A DNA stretch of 64,000 nt from Mobula hypostoma (lineage: Eukaryota): NCBI RefSeq assembly GCF_963921235.1, contig NC_086097.1:220102001-220166000 (forward strand), written 5' to 3'. A program made the position numbers and the translations under genes. The notes beneath the pieces are model-generated. The model ran no database searches. It was not told the origin of the DNA and saw only the letters and a list, made by a program, of their open reading frames with translations. How positions within the stretch are numbered: the stretch's first letter is position 1; every line of letters begins with the position of its first letter. Positions 50,660 to 62,011 of the stretch are shown piece after piece.

Positions 50660-50810
50660 AAGGTACGGCCCTTCCAGCTACACCACCCACAATCCCCCAA
50701 TTTTATCCTAGCCTAATCACGAGACAATTTACAATGACCAATTAACCTCCCAACTGGTACATCTTTGAACTGTGGGAGGAAATTGGGGCACCCGGATGAA
50801 ACCCACGTGG
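50660..50810 (-). mobile_element. V-SINE/HE1-type SINE core fragment
   Basis: Minus: CGTGGGTTTCATCCGGGTGCCCCAATTTCCTCCCACAGTTCAAAGA...TTAATTGGTCATTGTAAATTG. Confidence 0.75.
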
Positions 50811-50998
50811 TAGTTGTGCCCACAGCTCATTGCAGTTTCTTGCAATCATGTGCAGAGCAGATGCGTTACCAAGCCATTGTGCATCCAGAAAGAATGCTTT
50901 CTATGGCGCAGTGATAAAAATTACTAGGGGTTGATGGGAACATGCCAAATTTCTTTAGCCTCCTGGGGAAGTTGGTTAACTTTCTTGGCTGCAGCTTC

Positions 50999-52073
50999 TT
51001 TCTTTCTTTTTAAAGTTTATTAATTTTTCAAAATCATAAACTCAATAACAAAGTTGGTACAAAGAGAATGGAAAAATGCTCATCAGCATATATAAAAAGA
51101 ATTTTAAGTAACATAGATATAAAAGACTTCCAAACTCATAATGAAATTAAACATTAAAAAAGAAATAAAAAGAAAAAAATATATAAACAAAAAAAACCCC
51201 AAAAGGAAAAGAGAGGAAAAAAAAACCCCAAGAAAAAAAAACAAAACAGGGCTAGACCAACAGCTTGTATCGGACACGTTCAATAACGTCGTTAACTCCG
51301 CTCCTCTCATCATATAATTTAAGTTTAGAAAAAAGATTCAGAAAGGTCAGATTACATCATATGAAAATGTTGCATAGAAGGTTTCCAAGTTTCTTCAAAT
51401 TTAACCGAACGGTCAAAAATATCACTTCTGATTTTTTCTAAATTTAAACTTAACATGGTTTGAGAAAACCATTGGAATGTAGTTGGAGGATTAGTTTCCT
51501 TCCAGTTCAACAAAATAGATCTTCTCGCCATTAAAGTAACAAAAGCTATCATTCGACAGGCTGAAGAAGACAAAGATCTATGTTCTACCATTGGCAATCC
51601 AAAGATTGCCGTAATAGGATGGGGTTTTAAATCGAAGCATAGAACTGTTGAAATAATATCAAAAATGTCTTTCCAATATTTTTCCAAAAGAGGACAGGAC
51701 CAAAACATATGAGTTAAAGAAGTCACTTCAGAGTGACATCTATCACAAGTAGGGTTTATATGGGAATAAAAACGAGCTAGTTTATCTTTGGACATATGAG
51801 CTCTGTGTACTACTTTAAATTGTATTAAAGTATGTTTAGCACATATAGAAGAAGTACTAACTAATTGAAAAATTTTATCCCATTTCTCTGTAGATAGGGA
51901 AAGTTGAAGTTCCCTTTCCCATTCATTTTTAATTTTATCAGATATATCTGGCTGTAATTTCATAATTATATCATAAATTATTGCTATTAATCCCTTCTGC
52001 AAAGGATTAAAACCTAAAATTTTATCAAGAATGCCAGAAGAATTGGAAGTCGGAAAAGTAGGCAACGTAATAT
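50999..52073 (-). mobile_element. 5'-truncated L1/Tx1-clade LINE
   Basis: Open C-terminus with zf-RVT (CDRC..HMFWSC), AATAAA and A-rich tail; 14-bp TSD TTGGCTGC(A/G)GCTTC at 50985-50998 / 52074-52087. Confidence 0.92.
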
Positions 52074-52104
52074 TTGGCTGCGGCTTCAACATGGTTGGAC
52101 CATC

Positions 52105-52318
52105 ATAACTCCTTGTTCCTTAGCACGCCTTGTGGTGCATCAGGCGGCATCTTTTTGCTGTTTCCTTAGCATTTGTCTGTTTTTTTCACAAGGCCAAGTT
52201 GCAAGCTCAACGCTCAACCCAGCATAGATGAAAAGCACGCAAAAGCCTAGCCGGATTTGAACCCAGGACCACTTGCCTCGAAGGAGGATGCTGATGCCAC
52301 TACACCACCAGCTGGCTA
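52105..52318 (-). mobile_element. tRNA-derived SINE, same family as 10045-10210
   Basis: TGGTGTAGTGG A-box, GGTTCAAATCC B-box, GATGCACCACAAGG end. Confidence 0.8.
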
Positions 52319-52769
52319 AGGTTGACCACAACAGGTTATTAAAAACTTGAACTATTGAATTAGCTGCCTCTAGGTGTACATAAACAGGGCGCAGAACCTA
52401 GCAAAATATCCTTGCAATTATTGTCAATTTCACTCAATAGCAAAATGTCATCTTTCCAGGAAGTGATTAATGTGCACTAAATAAACTAACACTGTCTTTC
52501 ACCAACAAGAATCTGCCTTGAATTCAGACAAGATCCCCCCAGCAGGTTCCAATAAAACTGGAAGAGCTCTTGAAAAAAGAAATATCAAAAATTGATATTT
52601 TATCCTTAGGGTGGTAATTCTAATGTAAAAAATTAGAATATCAAAATTTGGAGGCTTGCAGCTCAGTTTTGATTTGCAATTGTTATTTTATACATGCACC
52701 CTGTAAAGAGGAATGTGCCTTCCATGGTCCTTTGGACAAGATCTACCTTCAACAAATTACCCTACTAAG

Positions 52770-53180
52770 GCAGAATCAGAATAAAGTTCATTAGCAGAGA
52801 CATGTCATGAAATTTGCTCTAAGTCACAATCAGAAAAATAATATTAAATAGTGGAAAAAGGGAGTAAAAATAGTGAGGCTGTGTTCACCGTTCCAAAATC
52901 TGATGGAGGGGAAGATATTGTCCTTTAAACTTTGAGTGTGTGTCTTTAGGCTCCTGTCCTCCTCCCTGATGATAGTAATCAGAAGAGGATCGCCTTTCGA
53001 AGATGTCCTTGATAGTGGGGAGGTTAGTGCCCATGTTAAAGCTGACTGAATTTACAACAGCTTTTTCGGATCTTGTGCATTTGCCCCTCGATACCAGACA
53101 GAGATGCAACCAGTCGGAATGCTCTCCACAGAAGAACTGCAGAAACTTGCGAGAGGCTTTATTGGCAGAGTTTTCAGTGA
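52770..53180 (-). mobile_element. Rex1/Babar 3' remnant
   Basis: VESIPTGCISVWY; MGTNLPTIKDIF; AGAATC tail. Confidence 0.75.
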
Positions 53181-53469
53181 TACTTTACGATCATGAACAG
53201 AACTGATAAAAACAGATGAGGAATAATTTTTATTGTGACCTGGGAACCACAAAATGGCAGAGTCCCATTAGTTAACAAGATTTGATGTTGCTCCCATTCT
53301 GGAGAAATTGGTTTTGTTAAAATCCCCAATGATTTGGGTAGTAACATAGAGATAAATAAATCATGTACTGTACATAATTTTGTTGTGTTTATAGCAGCAG
53401 ATTTCATGGTGTCCTGGAGAACTGAGGCACCTTGGTAACATAGTTCCAACATATTAGTTAATTAGTTAG

Positions 53470-54470
53470 TGGCATGTTCCTTGTGTGAGTTGTGGGAACT
53501 TGGGAGATCTCCAGTCTCCCTCAAAACCACATCTGCATGAAATGCACCAAGCTGCAGATCCTTGGAGACTGTGTTAAGGGACTGGAGCAGCGGCTGGATG
53601 ACCTTCAGCACATATGGGAGCATGAAGAGGTAAAAGATAGAAGCTGCAGGGAGGTGTTCACCCCTATGTTGCAGGAGGCAGATATCTGGGTGACTGTCAG
53701 GAGACTTTCTTTAGCCAGACAGTGTGAATCTGTGGAATTCTTTGCAACAGGCAGCTGTGGAGACCAAGTCTTTACGTATATTTAAGGCAGAGGTTGATAG
53801 ATTCTTTATTTGTTAGGGCACGAAGGGATATGATGAGGAGACTGGGGCTGAGAGGAAAATTGGGTCAGCCATGATATCATGGTGGAGCAGACTCAATGGG
53901 CCAATGGCCTAATTCTACTCCTATATCTTATGGTCTCATGGAATAGGAAAGGGAATAGGCTGCCAGTGCAGACTACCCCTGTGGCTGTTCCCCTCAATAA
54001 TGTCTACCACTTTGGATACCACTGGGGGAGAACTATCTACTGGGAGAAGCCACAGTGAATAGATCTCTCACACTGAGTCTGTATCTGTGGCTCAGAAAGG
54101 AAGGTGGGGGGGAAGAAGAGGCAAGCTGTAGTGATGGGGAAATTATTAGTTATGATAATAGAAAGAGGTTCTCTGAACAAGATCTAGATTCCCAGAAGGT
54201 TTGTTGCTTCCCAAGTGCCAGATTGAGGGACATCAAGTCCTCAGCATTTTTAGAAGGGAGGGTGAGTAGCCAGGCGTTGTGGCCCACATTGGTACCAATG
54301 ACATGGATAGGGTGGGTGACAACTTCTTGCAAAGTGAACTCAGGGAGTTAGGTGCTAATTTAAAGGACAAGAACTCCGGGGTTGTGATCTCAGGACTGTT
54401 AGCCACACCACCTGCTAATGAAGTCAGAAATAGGAACATCATACAGTTTAACACGCAGCTAAGGGAATGA
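53470..54470 (+). mobile_element. CR1 ORF1 remnant (zinc finger/coiled coil plus SGNH esterase), with nested CR1 3' end 53705-53940
   Basis: HICMKCTKLQILGDCVKGLEQRLDDL; VCCFPSARLRD; HIGTND...VVISGLL. Confidence 0.8.
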
Positions 54471-54471
54471 G

Positions 54472-54567
54472 CAACATACATCAAAGTTGCTGGTGAACGC
54501 AGCAGGCCAAGCAGCATCTATAGGAAGAGGCGCAGTCGACGTTTCAGGCCAAGACCCTTCGTCAGGA
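54472..54567 (-). mobile_element. ~96-bp Penelope terminal insertion consisting of hammerhead plus tail
   Basis: Near-identical to 44977-45072 (2 substitutions seen); flanked by CTAAGGGAA(T/C)GAG at 54459-54471 / 54568-54580. Confidence 0.88.
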
Positions 54568-54570
54568 CTA
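54533..54570 (-). ncRNA. Minimal type-I hammerhead ribozyme, intact core
   Basis: Minus: tagtc CTGACGA agggtcttggcct GAAA cg TC^gactg. Confidence 0.78.
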
Positions 54571-54580
54571 AGGGAACGAG

Positions 54581-54775
54581 TAGTTTTTCAGCCTCACAGT
54601 TTTGTTTTTTAATTTTTAGTAAATTGTTGACAGGATTTGTAATTTTTCTTTTGATTTGAAATGCACATGTAGATTAGCTCAAAAAATCCTACTTCAATAC
54701 ATCTTAAATTTAGAAAATGACACCTTAAAATGTGAAAATAGTTCTGGAGGCTGAATACATTTTCAAGACATTGTA
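54581..54775 (+). mobile_element. Tc1 terminal inverted repeat remnant
   Basis: AAAATGTGAAAATAGTTCTGGAGGCTGAATACATTTTCAAGACATTGTA resembles a Tc1 outer end. Confidence 0.6.
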
Positions 54776-54784
54776 TCTGTATAA

Positions 54785-56225
54785 GCCCTTAGGACTCTCC
54801 TTCAGCTTGTCTGCTGCACAACCTCGTGTCTTCTTTTAGCCATTCTGATTTCCTTTTTCTGTTCTCTTGCATTTCTTATACTCAAGTTCCTCATTTGTTC
54901 CTGTCTGCTCATACTTGCAATGCACCTCCTTCTTTTTCTCAACCATAGCTTCAATATCACTCAAAAACCAAGGTTCCATAAATCTGTTATCCTTACCTTT
55001 TATTCTGACAGGGAGATACAAACTTTGCACTCACAAAATTTCACTTTTGAAGGCCTCCTACTTACCAAATACCCCTTTGCCAGAAAACAACCTGTCCTAA
55101 TCCATACTTTCCAGATCCTTTCAGATGCCATCAAAATTGGCCTTTCTCTACTTGAGAATCTCAACTTGCAGACCAGTCCTAACCTTTTCCATTACTATCT
55201 TGAAACTAATGGCTTTATGATCACTAGATGCTAATTGTTCCCCTACACAAACTTCTGTCTCATTCCCTAATAGGAAATCTAGTATTGCACTCTCTCTAGC
55301 TGGGACTGATTAAGGAAACTTTCATGAACAGATTTGACACAGTCTTTACCATCCAGCCTTTTCGCATTTTGGGAGTCCCAGTCAATACTGTATGCAGAAA
55401 GTTAAAATCACCTACTATCACAACCTTATGTTTCTTGCAACCGTCTGCGATTTCTCCACAAATTTGCTCCCCTAAATGCTGCAGACTGTCGGGTGGTCTA
55501 TAGTATAATCCCATTAACATGGTCATACCTTTCTTATTCTTCAGTTCGACTTATAAAGCCTCACTAAACAAGCTCTCCAGTCTGTCCAGACTGAGCACTG
55601 CTGTGGCATTTTCCCTGGCCGGTCATGTTACCCCTCTCCCTTTAATCTCTCTTGCTCTATCATACCAATACCCCAGAACACTAAGCTGCCAGTCATGCCC
55701 CTCCTGCAACCACTAATGGCTACAATGTCATAATTCCACATGCTGATCCATGCCCTAAACTCATCTGCTTTTCCCATCATACTCCTTGCTTTGAAATATA
55801 CACAGTTCAGAACATTAGTCCCACCATGTTTGACCATTTGATTGCTGACCTCATATCTGGGCTTAACATCTTGCTCCACAACCACTCCACTATTTGTTCT
55901 GGCTCTCTGGTTCCCACTGCCCGCCCCCCCCCCCCCAACTCTAGTTTAAACCACTCCAGGCAGCACTAGCAAACCTTCCCACTAGGATATTCATCCCCAT
56001 CCAGTTCAAGTGCAAACCGTCCCTTTTGTACAGGCCCCACCTCCCCTGAAAGAGAGTCTGAAACCCACCCGCCTGCACCAACTCCTTACCCACATGTTAA
56101 ACTGTATGAAATTCCTCACTAGTACGTGGCATGGGTAGCTATTCTGAGATCACAACTCTGGGTTTCCTGTCCTTTTAGTTAGCTCCTAACTCTCTGAATT
56201 TACTTTGCAGGACCTCGTCACCTAT
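54785..56225 (-). mobile_element. CR1 fragment (ORF1 end and APE endonuclease)
   Basis: LNCVYFKARSMMGKADEFRAWI..YDIVAI; GLYYRPP; VVIVGDFN. Confidence 0.85.
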
Positions 56226-56257
56226 CCCAAGCAGACTATTATTGACGTCTGGACCCT

Positions 56258-57760
56258 GCTACTGTGACACCAACATCACTCAGTCAGCTCACTCTGAGTG
56301 AGCTGCAGAAGTTATTCGTAAACACAAAATACTCTGCAGATGCTGGGGTCAAAGCAACACTCACAACACACTGGAGGAACTCAGCAGATAGGGCAGCATC
56401 CGTGGAAACGATGAGTCAATGTTTTGGGCCAGAACCCTTCATCAGGACTGTAGAGAGAAGGGGCAGAGCCCCATAAAGAAGGTGGGGGGAGGGTGGGAAG
56501 GAGAAGGCTGGTAGGTTCCAGGTGAAGAACCAGTAAGGGGAAAGATAAAGGGGTGGAGGAAGGGAGGCAGGGAGGGGATAGGCAGGAAAGGTGAAGAAGG
56601 AATAGGGGAAAACACAGTGGGTAGTAGAAGGAGGCGGAACCATGAGGGAGGTGATAGGCAGCTGGGGGAGGGGGCAGAATGACATAGGGATAGAGGAAGG
56701 GAGGGGGAGGGAATTACCGGAAGTTGGAGAATTCTATGTTCATACCAAGGGGCTGGAGACTACCTAGATGGTATATGAGGTGTTGCTCCTCCAACCTGAG
56801 TTTAGCCTCATCATGGCAGTAGAGGAGGCCATGTATGGACATATCTGAATGGGAGTGGGAAGCAGAGTTGAAGTGGGTGGCTACTGGGGGATCCTGTCTG
56901 TTGTGGCGGACGGAGTGGAGGTGCTCGACGAAGCGGTCCCCCAATCTGCGTCGGGTTTCACCGATGTAGAGGAGGCCGCACCGGGAGCACCGGATGCGAT
57001 AGATGACCCCAACAGACTCACAAGTGAAGTGTTGCCTCACCTATAAGGACTGTTTGGGGCCCTGAATGGTGGCAAGAGAGGAGGTGTAGGGACAGGTGTA
57101 GCACTTGCAGAAGTTATTGACTACAACTGGAGATGAAGTTCATGACTCCACAGTCTTTAAGGCCTTGCACAAACAGGGTATTTATGGAAGAGTGGCAAGG
57201 AAGAAGCCCTGGCTAAAAATAGGGCATATCCTTGCAGCCCATGAAGACTTTGCTTAGAAAATACTGTAAAGATGTTGAAAAAGATTTTGTGGTCGAATGA
57301 GACTGAAGAGAAACTTTTTGGCCTCAACACTAAGCGATACGTGTGATGCAAATCTAATACTGCGCATCAGCCAGGTAACACCATCTCTACTGTAAAGTAT
57401 GGTGGAGGTAGCATAATACTATGGGGATGCTTTTCAGCAGCAGGGTCTGGAAATCTGGTCAGGATTGATAGGAAGATGATAAACATGGAGCGATCTGGAA
57501 AAAAAAACCTGATAGCCTCTGCCGGAAAGCTTAAACTGGGAAGTTCATCGCTGCCAGAGTAACCATGAAGTGGCTTCACATGAAGAAAACTTATGTCCTT
57601 GAGTGGTCCAGTCAGAGTCCTGACCTTAACCCAATCGAACATCCTTGTCCACCGCTGCTCCCCAACTAACCTGGTGCAACTTGAGCAATTTTGCAAAGAG
57701 GAATAGGTAAATTTTGCTCCACTACGTTGTGCAAAGATAGGAGATTTCTCCAAAAAGAGC
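56258..57760 (+). mobile_element. Degenerate Tc1 transposase fragment split by a Penelope insertion
   Basis: [73 protein letters not shown]. Confidence 0.85.
56317..57105 (-). mobile_element. 5'-truncated Penelope-like element, GIY-YIG domain open
   Basis: Perfect 13-bp TSD TGCAGAAGTTATT (56304-56316 / 57106-57118); ORF 56714-57040 GVIYRIRCSRCGLLYIGET; hammerhead at 56414-56449 with GAAA->AAAA. Confidence 0.93.
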
Positions 57761-58599
57761 TTATGACTCTATATCACTACTGACTTCCTGTCAGTACCCA
57801 ACCCCCAAACTGATCACCAACCTACCTCCTCTCTATACTGTCTCTCTACATCTCTTCAATAAGATCTTATTATGCTGTGATCACAACCACATTCTTCCCA
57901 CAACCCCACCTCCTAAGCCAAGCCTTGAACTCTCTTAGAATTCAGGAGCCACTCAGAAGGATCCCTGGCTGTGGCTCCTGCTCACTCTGCAGCCTGTCAC
58001 AGGCCACCCATCCGGCCAGCTGCAGGGCAAGAAATTGGAAGGTAAATGATAGATAATGAGCTGCCGCTTGTTCGACAGGATCTCTGCAGCTTCAGCCTTA
58101 TCTCGCCAGATTCCTTACTCACTTTCTGCCTCCCCACAAACACCCTTCTCCCCATACATAATAAATCAGGAATTTCTCCCTGTATCCAGACACTCTTAAT
58201 GTACATTCTTTACTGTGGAGATAGCAAAATAGAAAATAATTTATAAAAGTTCATTAAAAAAATCCATTCCTATTTCTCTTAAGTAGTTTCCTCCAGTATG
58301 CCTTGGCCATTGGCTCCCAGAAGATGTTTTAGTTCCCTCCCCCAGACAAGTTGCTTTTTGCCCTACACTTTCAATGGACCATCTGTTACACTGATGATAA
58401 GTATTTACTCCTGTGATCAATAGCATTTTTAAAATGTCTTCATTTGGGTTACATTGTGAATTGCATGCATTAGTTAAATCTACTTTTCTATTTTAGTGTA
58501 TTATTTATAACAAAAGGTTTCAAATTTGCAAGAGATTGCTGGCAGCACTCCAACAGTGTCTCTTTACATACCAGATAATGCAAATTTTACAGTCGACAG

Positions 58600-58725
58600 G
58601 ATAGAGTGACAGAACACTACGGCACAGAAACAGGCCCTTCAGCCTATCTAGTCTGTGCCAGACCATTGAGCTGCCTAGTCCCATCAACCTGCACCTAGAC
58701 CATAGCCCTCTATGCCCCTCTCATT
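58600..58725 (-). mobile_element. CR1 3' end
   Basis: CACAGAAACAGGCCCTTCAGCC...CCTAGTCCCATCAACCTGCAC. Confidence 0.7.
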
Positions 58726-59219
58726 AATGCCCAGATGCACTGACTTAGGTCACTTTAGTAAAGAGGATCCCACGTCTCTACACTTCCAAAATCAAATTCA
58801 TTGTTCACTGTTCAGTCTAAATTATGACATCAGGGTTTGAAAGATTCCATCCCCCATCATCCAAACAGTGCCTTTCTAATTTGCCCTCAGGTGCCCTTTT
58901 CCATTTGGTGGAAATAAGAAACTCTCAAGAGATTAAATAAACATGATACCAGTGGAGAGGGGGATGGGGGTGGATTTTTCTCAGAACATACATGACTGAA
59001 AAAAGAGCAGCATTTCCAAACCTCCTTCTGCCTTGCTTCTCATGTTATACAAAAGCAACAAAACAGAATTATCCCAAGAAGCTGGCAGACATCCCACTGC
59101 TGAAATCATCTTTTCTGCATTGAATTAAACACTTCGCCTTACCCTTTCTGGGTCAAAATAATCTGTTCCGTTTCAGATGCAATTGCTACATCGTGTTTTT
59201 TCTTCTCCCCAGTCCCAAG

Positions 59220-59345
59220 TTCACACAAGTGCTGGAGGAATTCAGCAAGTCAAGTAGCATCTAAAATAAAGTCAATGTTTCAGGCCAAGACCCTTCATCA
59301 GGACTGATGAAGGGTCTCGGCCCAAAATGTCAACTCCATAAATGC
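59220..59345. mobile_element. Head-to-head Penelope termini joined at their hammerheads; right arm resumes at ~61001-61050
   Basis: AGACCCTTCATCAG-GA-CTGATGAAGGGTCT perfect 14-bp arms. Confidence 0.8.
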
Positions 59346-60998
59346 TCACTTTGACCACCAGAACTTGGAGGAACCATCACAAATTCCCACAGCCCCCAGA
59401 GATCCTGTGATTTCAGTCTCTGAGGCCGATGTGTGAGCAGTCTTCAGGAGGGTGAACCCTCGAAAAGCATCTGGCCCAGATGAGGTACCCAGCCAAATAC
59501 TAAAGAAATGTGGTCATCAACAGGCTGGAGTGTTCACGGCAATCCTTAACCTTTCGCTTTGGCAGTCTGCCTTACTCACCTGCTTCAAGCAGGCTTCAGT
59601 TATACCAGTGCCTATCATCCAGTAGCACTTACATCCACAGTGATGAAGGTTTTTTTTTTAAAAAGAAGTGGTGATGAAATATATCAACTCCTGCATGAGA
59701 AGAGGATCCACTCCACAGCAGATGCCATGTCATTGGCTCCTCACTTGACCCTGAAACATCTGGACAGCAAAGGTACATACATCAGGGTGTTCTTTATCAA
59801 CTACTGCTCAGCATTCGATACCATCGTCCCCTCTAAACTAATCATTAGGCTTCAAGACCCAGGCCTCAATATCTCCTTGTGCAATTGGTTCCTTGATTTC
59901 CTCACTTGCAGATCCCAGTCAGTTCAGATTGGCAACAACATCTTCTCCACAATCTCCATCAGCACAGCTGCATAACAAGGCTCTGTGCTTAGCACCCCCC
60001 CCACCGCTCTATCCACTTTATACTTATGAATGTGTGACTAAGCATAGCTCTAATGGCATATTTAAGCTTGCTGATGACACCACTGTCATAGATTGAGTCA
60101 AAGGTGGTGACAAATCAGCATATAGAAGGGAGATTGAAAATCTGACAGGTGCCCCAACAACCACCTCACTCAATGTCAGCAAGATCATGGAGCTGATTAT
60201 TGACTTCAAGAGAAGGAAGCCAGAGGTCCACTCATCACAGGAATAGAGGTGGAAAGGGTCAGCAACTTAACGTTCCTCAGTGTTATTATTTTGGAGGACC
60301 TGTCCTGGGCCCAGAAGGTAAATGAAATAACAAGGAAAGCATGACAGTGCCTCTACTTCCTTACGGGTTTGCGAAGATTCGACATAATATCTAATACTTT
60401 GACAAACTTCTATATACGTGCAATGGAGAGGACATTGCCCTTGAATGGAAATCTCTACAAAAAGTAATGGATATGGCCCTTTCCATCACAGGTAAAACCC
60501 TCCCTGCCATTGAGCACATCTTCATGAAGCATTGCCGCAGGAAAGCAGCACCCATCATCAGGGAGCCCCACCACCCAGCACCATGCTCTCTTCTCACTGC
60601 TGTCATCAGGAAGGTGGTGCAGGAGCCTCAGGACCCACACCACCAGGTTCAGGAACAGTTATCATCCCTCTTGAACTAAAGGGGATAACTTTACTCAAAC
60701 TCACTTGCCCCATCACTGAAATGTTCTCACATGGACTCACTTGCAAAGACTCCTCATCTTATGTTCTCAATATTTATTGTTCAGTAATTTATTATTATTT
60801 GTTTTTGTACTTGCACAGTTTGTGGTCTTTTGTACACTGGTTGAACGCACAAGCTGGTGAAGTCCTTCATTGATCCTATTATGGTTATTATTATTATTAT
60901 TATATATTTATCGAGTATGCCCACATTAAAGTGAATCTCAGGGTTATATATGGTGACATACATGTACTTTGATAATAAATTTACTTTGAACTTCGAAC
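59346..60998 (+). mobile_element. Rex1/Babar LINE, degenerate RT to tail
   Basis: RKASGPDEVP, YHPVALTSTVMK, IRVFFINYCSAFDTIVP, FKLADDTT; CTTTGAACTTCGAA tail. Confidence 0.88.
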
Positions 60999-61224
60999 TC
61001 GGACTTGCTGAGTTCCTCTAGCAAGATTTCCAGCATCTGCAGAATCTCTGGTATTTAGAAATCCAAATCCAAACTAAATTTTCTGCTTAGATTCGGTTTG
61101 ATATCCATTAGCTGCTTTGCCCAAACTACTCAAGCCCTGATTTCCTCAGTTTATAATATGGTACTTCAGTGAAGACAATATAGAAATTCAAGTATGTTAT
61201 GTCCACTCTGTAATTCACTTAAAG

Positions 61225-61640
61225 TCACAGAGTCATAGAAAAGTACAGCACCAAAACAGGCCCTTCGTCTCATTCAATCTATGCCAAACTATTTAAACTG
61301 CCTTATCCCATCGACCATATCCATCCGTATACCTCCCATCTATGCACCTATCTAGATTTCTCTTAAAGATTGAATGCACCATGTGGTGGCAGCTCACAGT
61401 CCTCTAAGTTTTTCCTCATGTTCCCCTTAAACTTCTCACCTTTCATCCTTGACCCATGACCTCTGGTTGAAATTCCACCCCAACCTCAGTGGAAAAAGCC
61501 TGCTTGCATTAATCCTCATAATTTTGTATAGTTTTGTGAAGTCTATCCTCAGTCTTCTATGTTCCAAGAAATGAAGTCCTAACCTATTCAATCTCTCCTT
61601 ATAACTCAGGTCCTCCAGTCCAGGCAATATCCTTGTAAAA
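61225..61640 (-). mobile_element. CR1 3' fragment
   Basis: RFTRILPGLEDLSYKERLNRLGL. Confidence 0.82.
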
Positions 61641-61829
61641 CGACCCACAGTTACTCTTTCAGAGATCCCTTCAAAGAATTTAATAAGGCTGTTCAATACT
61701 GACCATCCCTTTTTGGATAGATGCCAACTTTTTTATTATAGTTCCATTTTATTTGATTAAATATTCTTTTCCCTTCATGCATTTAAACCAATTTCAGCTC
61801 CATCAATTTATTCCATTACACTTTCCATA

Positions 61830-61950
61830 AGTAGGGTCTCAGACTGAAACTTTGACTATCTATTCACTTCTATAAATACTGCCTGGCCTGCTGAGTTCCT
61901 CCAGCATTTTGCCTGTATTACTTTGGATTTCCAACTTCCTCGTGTTTACA
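61830..61950 (+). mobile_element. Penelope terminus remnant
   Basis: AGGGTCTCAGACTGAAAC...CTGCCTGGCCTGCTGAGTTCCTCCAGCATTTTG. Confidence 0.7.
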
Positions 61951-62011
61951 CTTTCTATCATGTTTGCTGACTGTCATACCTCTAGAACAATTCTATTATC
62001 CAAATTATGAT

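Larger units (their letters stand above)
50230..52105 (-). mobile_element. Old Rex-type 3' fragment hosting a V-type SINE and an L1
   Basis: GAAGCTGTCCCTGAGCCTGGTGG and AGAATGCTTTCTATGG..CATGCCAAATTTCTTTAGCCTCCTG motifs; resumes after the L1 at 52088. Confidence 0.7.

Noticed and set aside
54581..57760. Tc1 end and Tc1 transposase fragment as one element
   Set aside because: The apparent right end lies upstream of the plus-strand transposase and no matching TIR pair or TSD was found; treated as separate remnants
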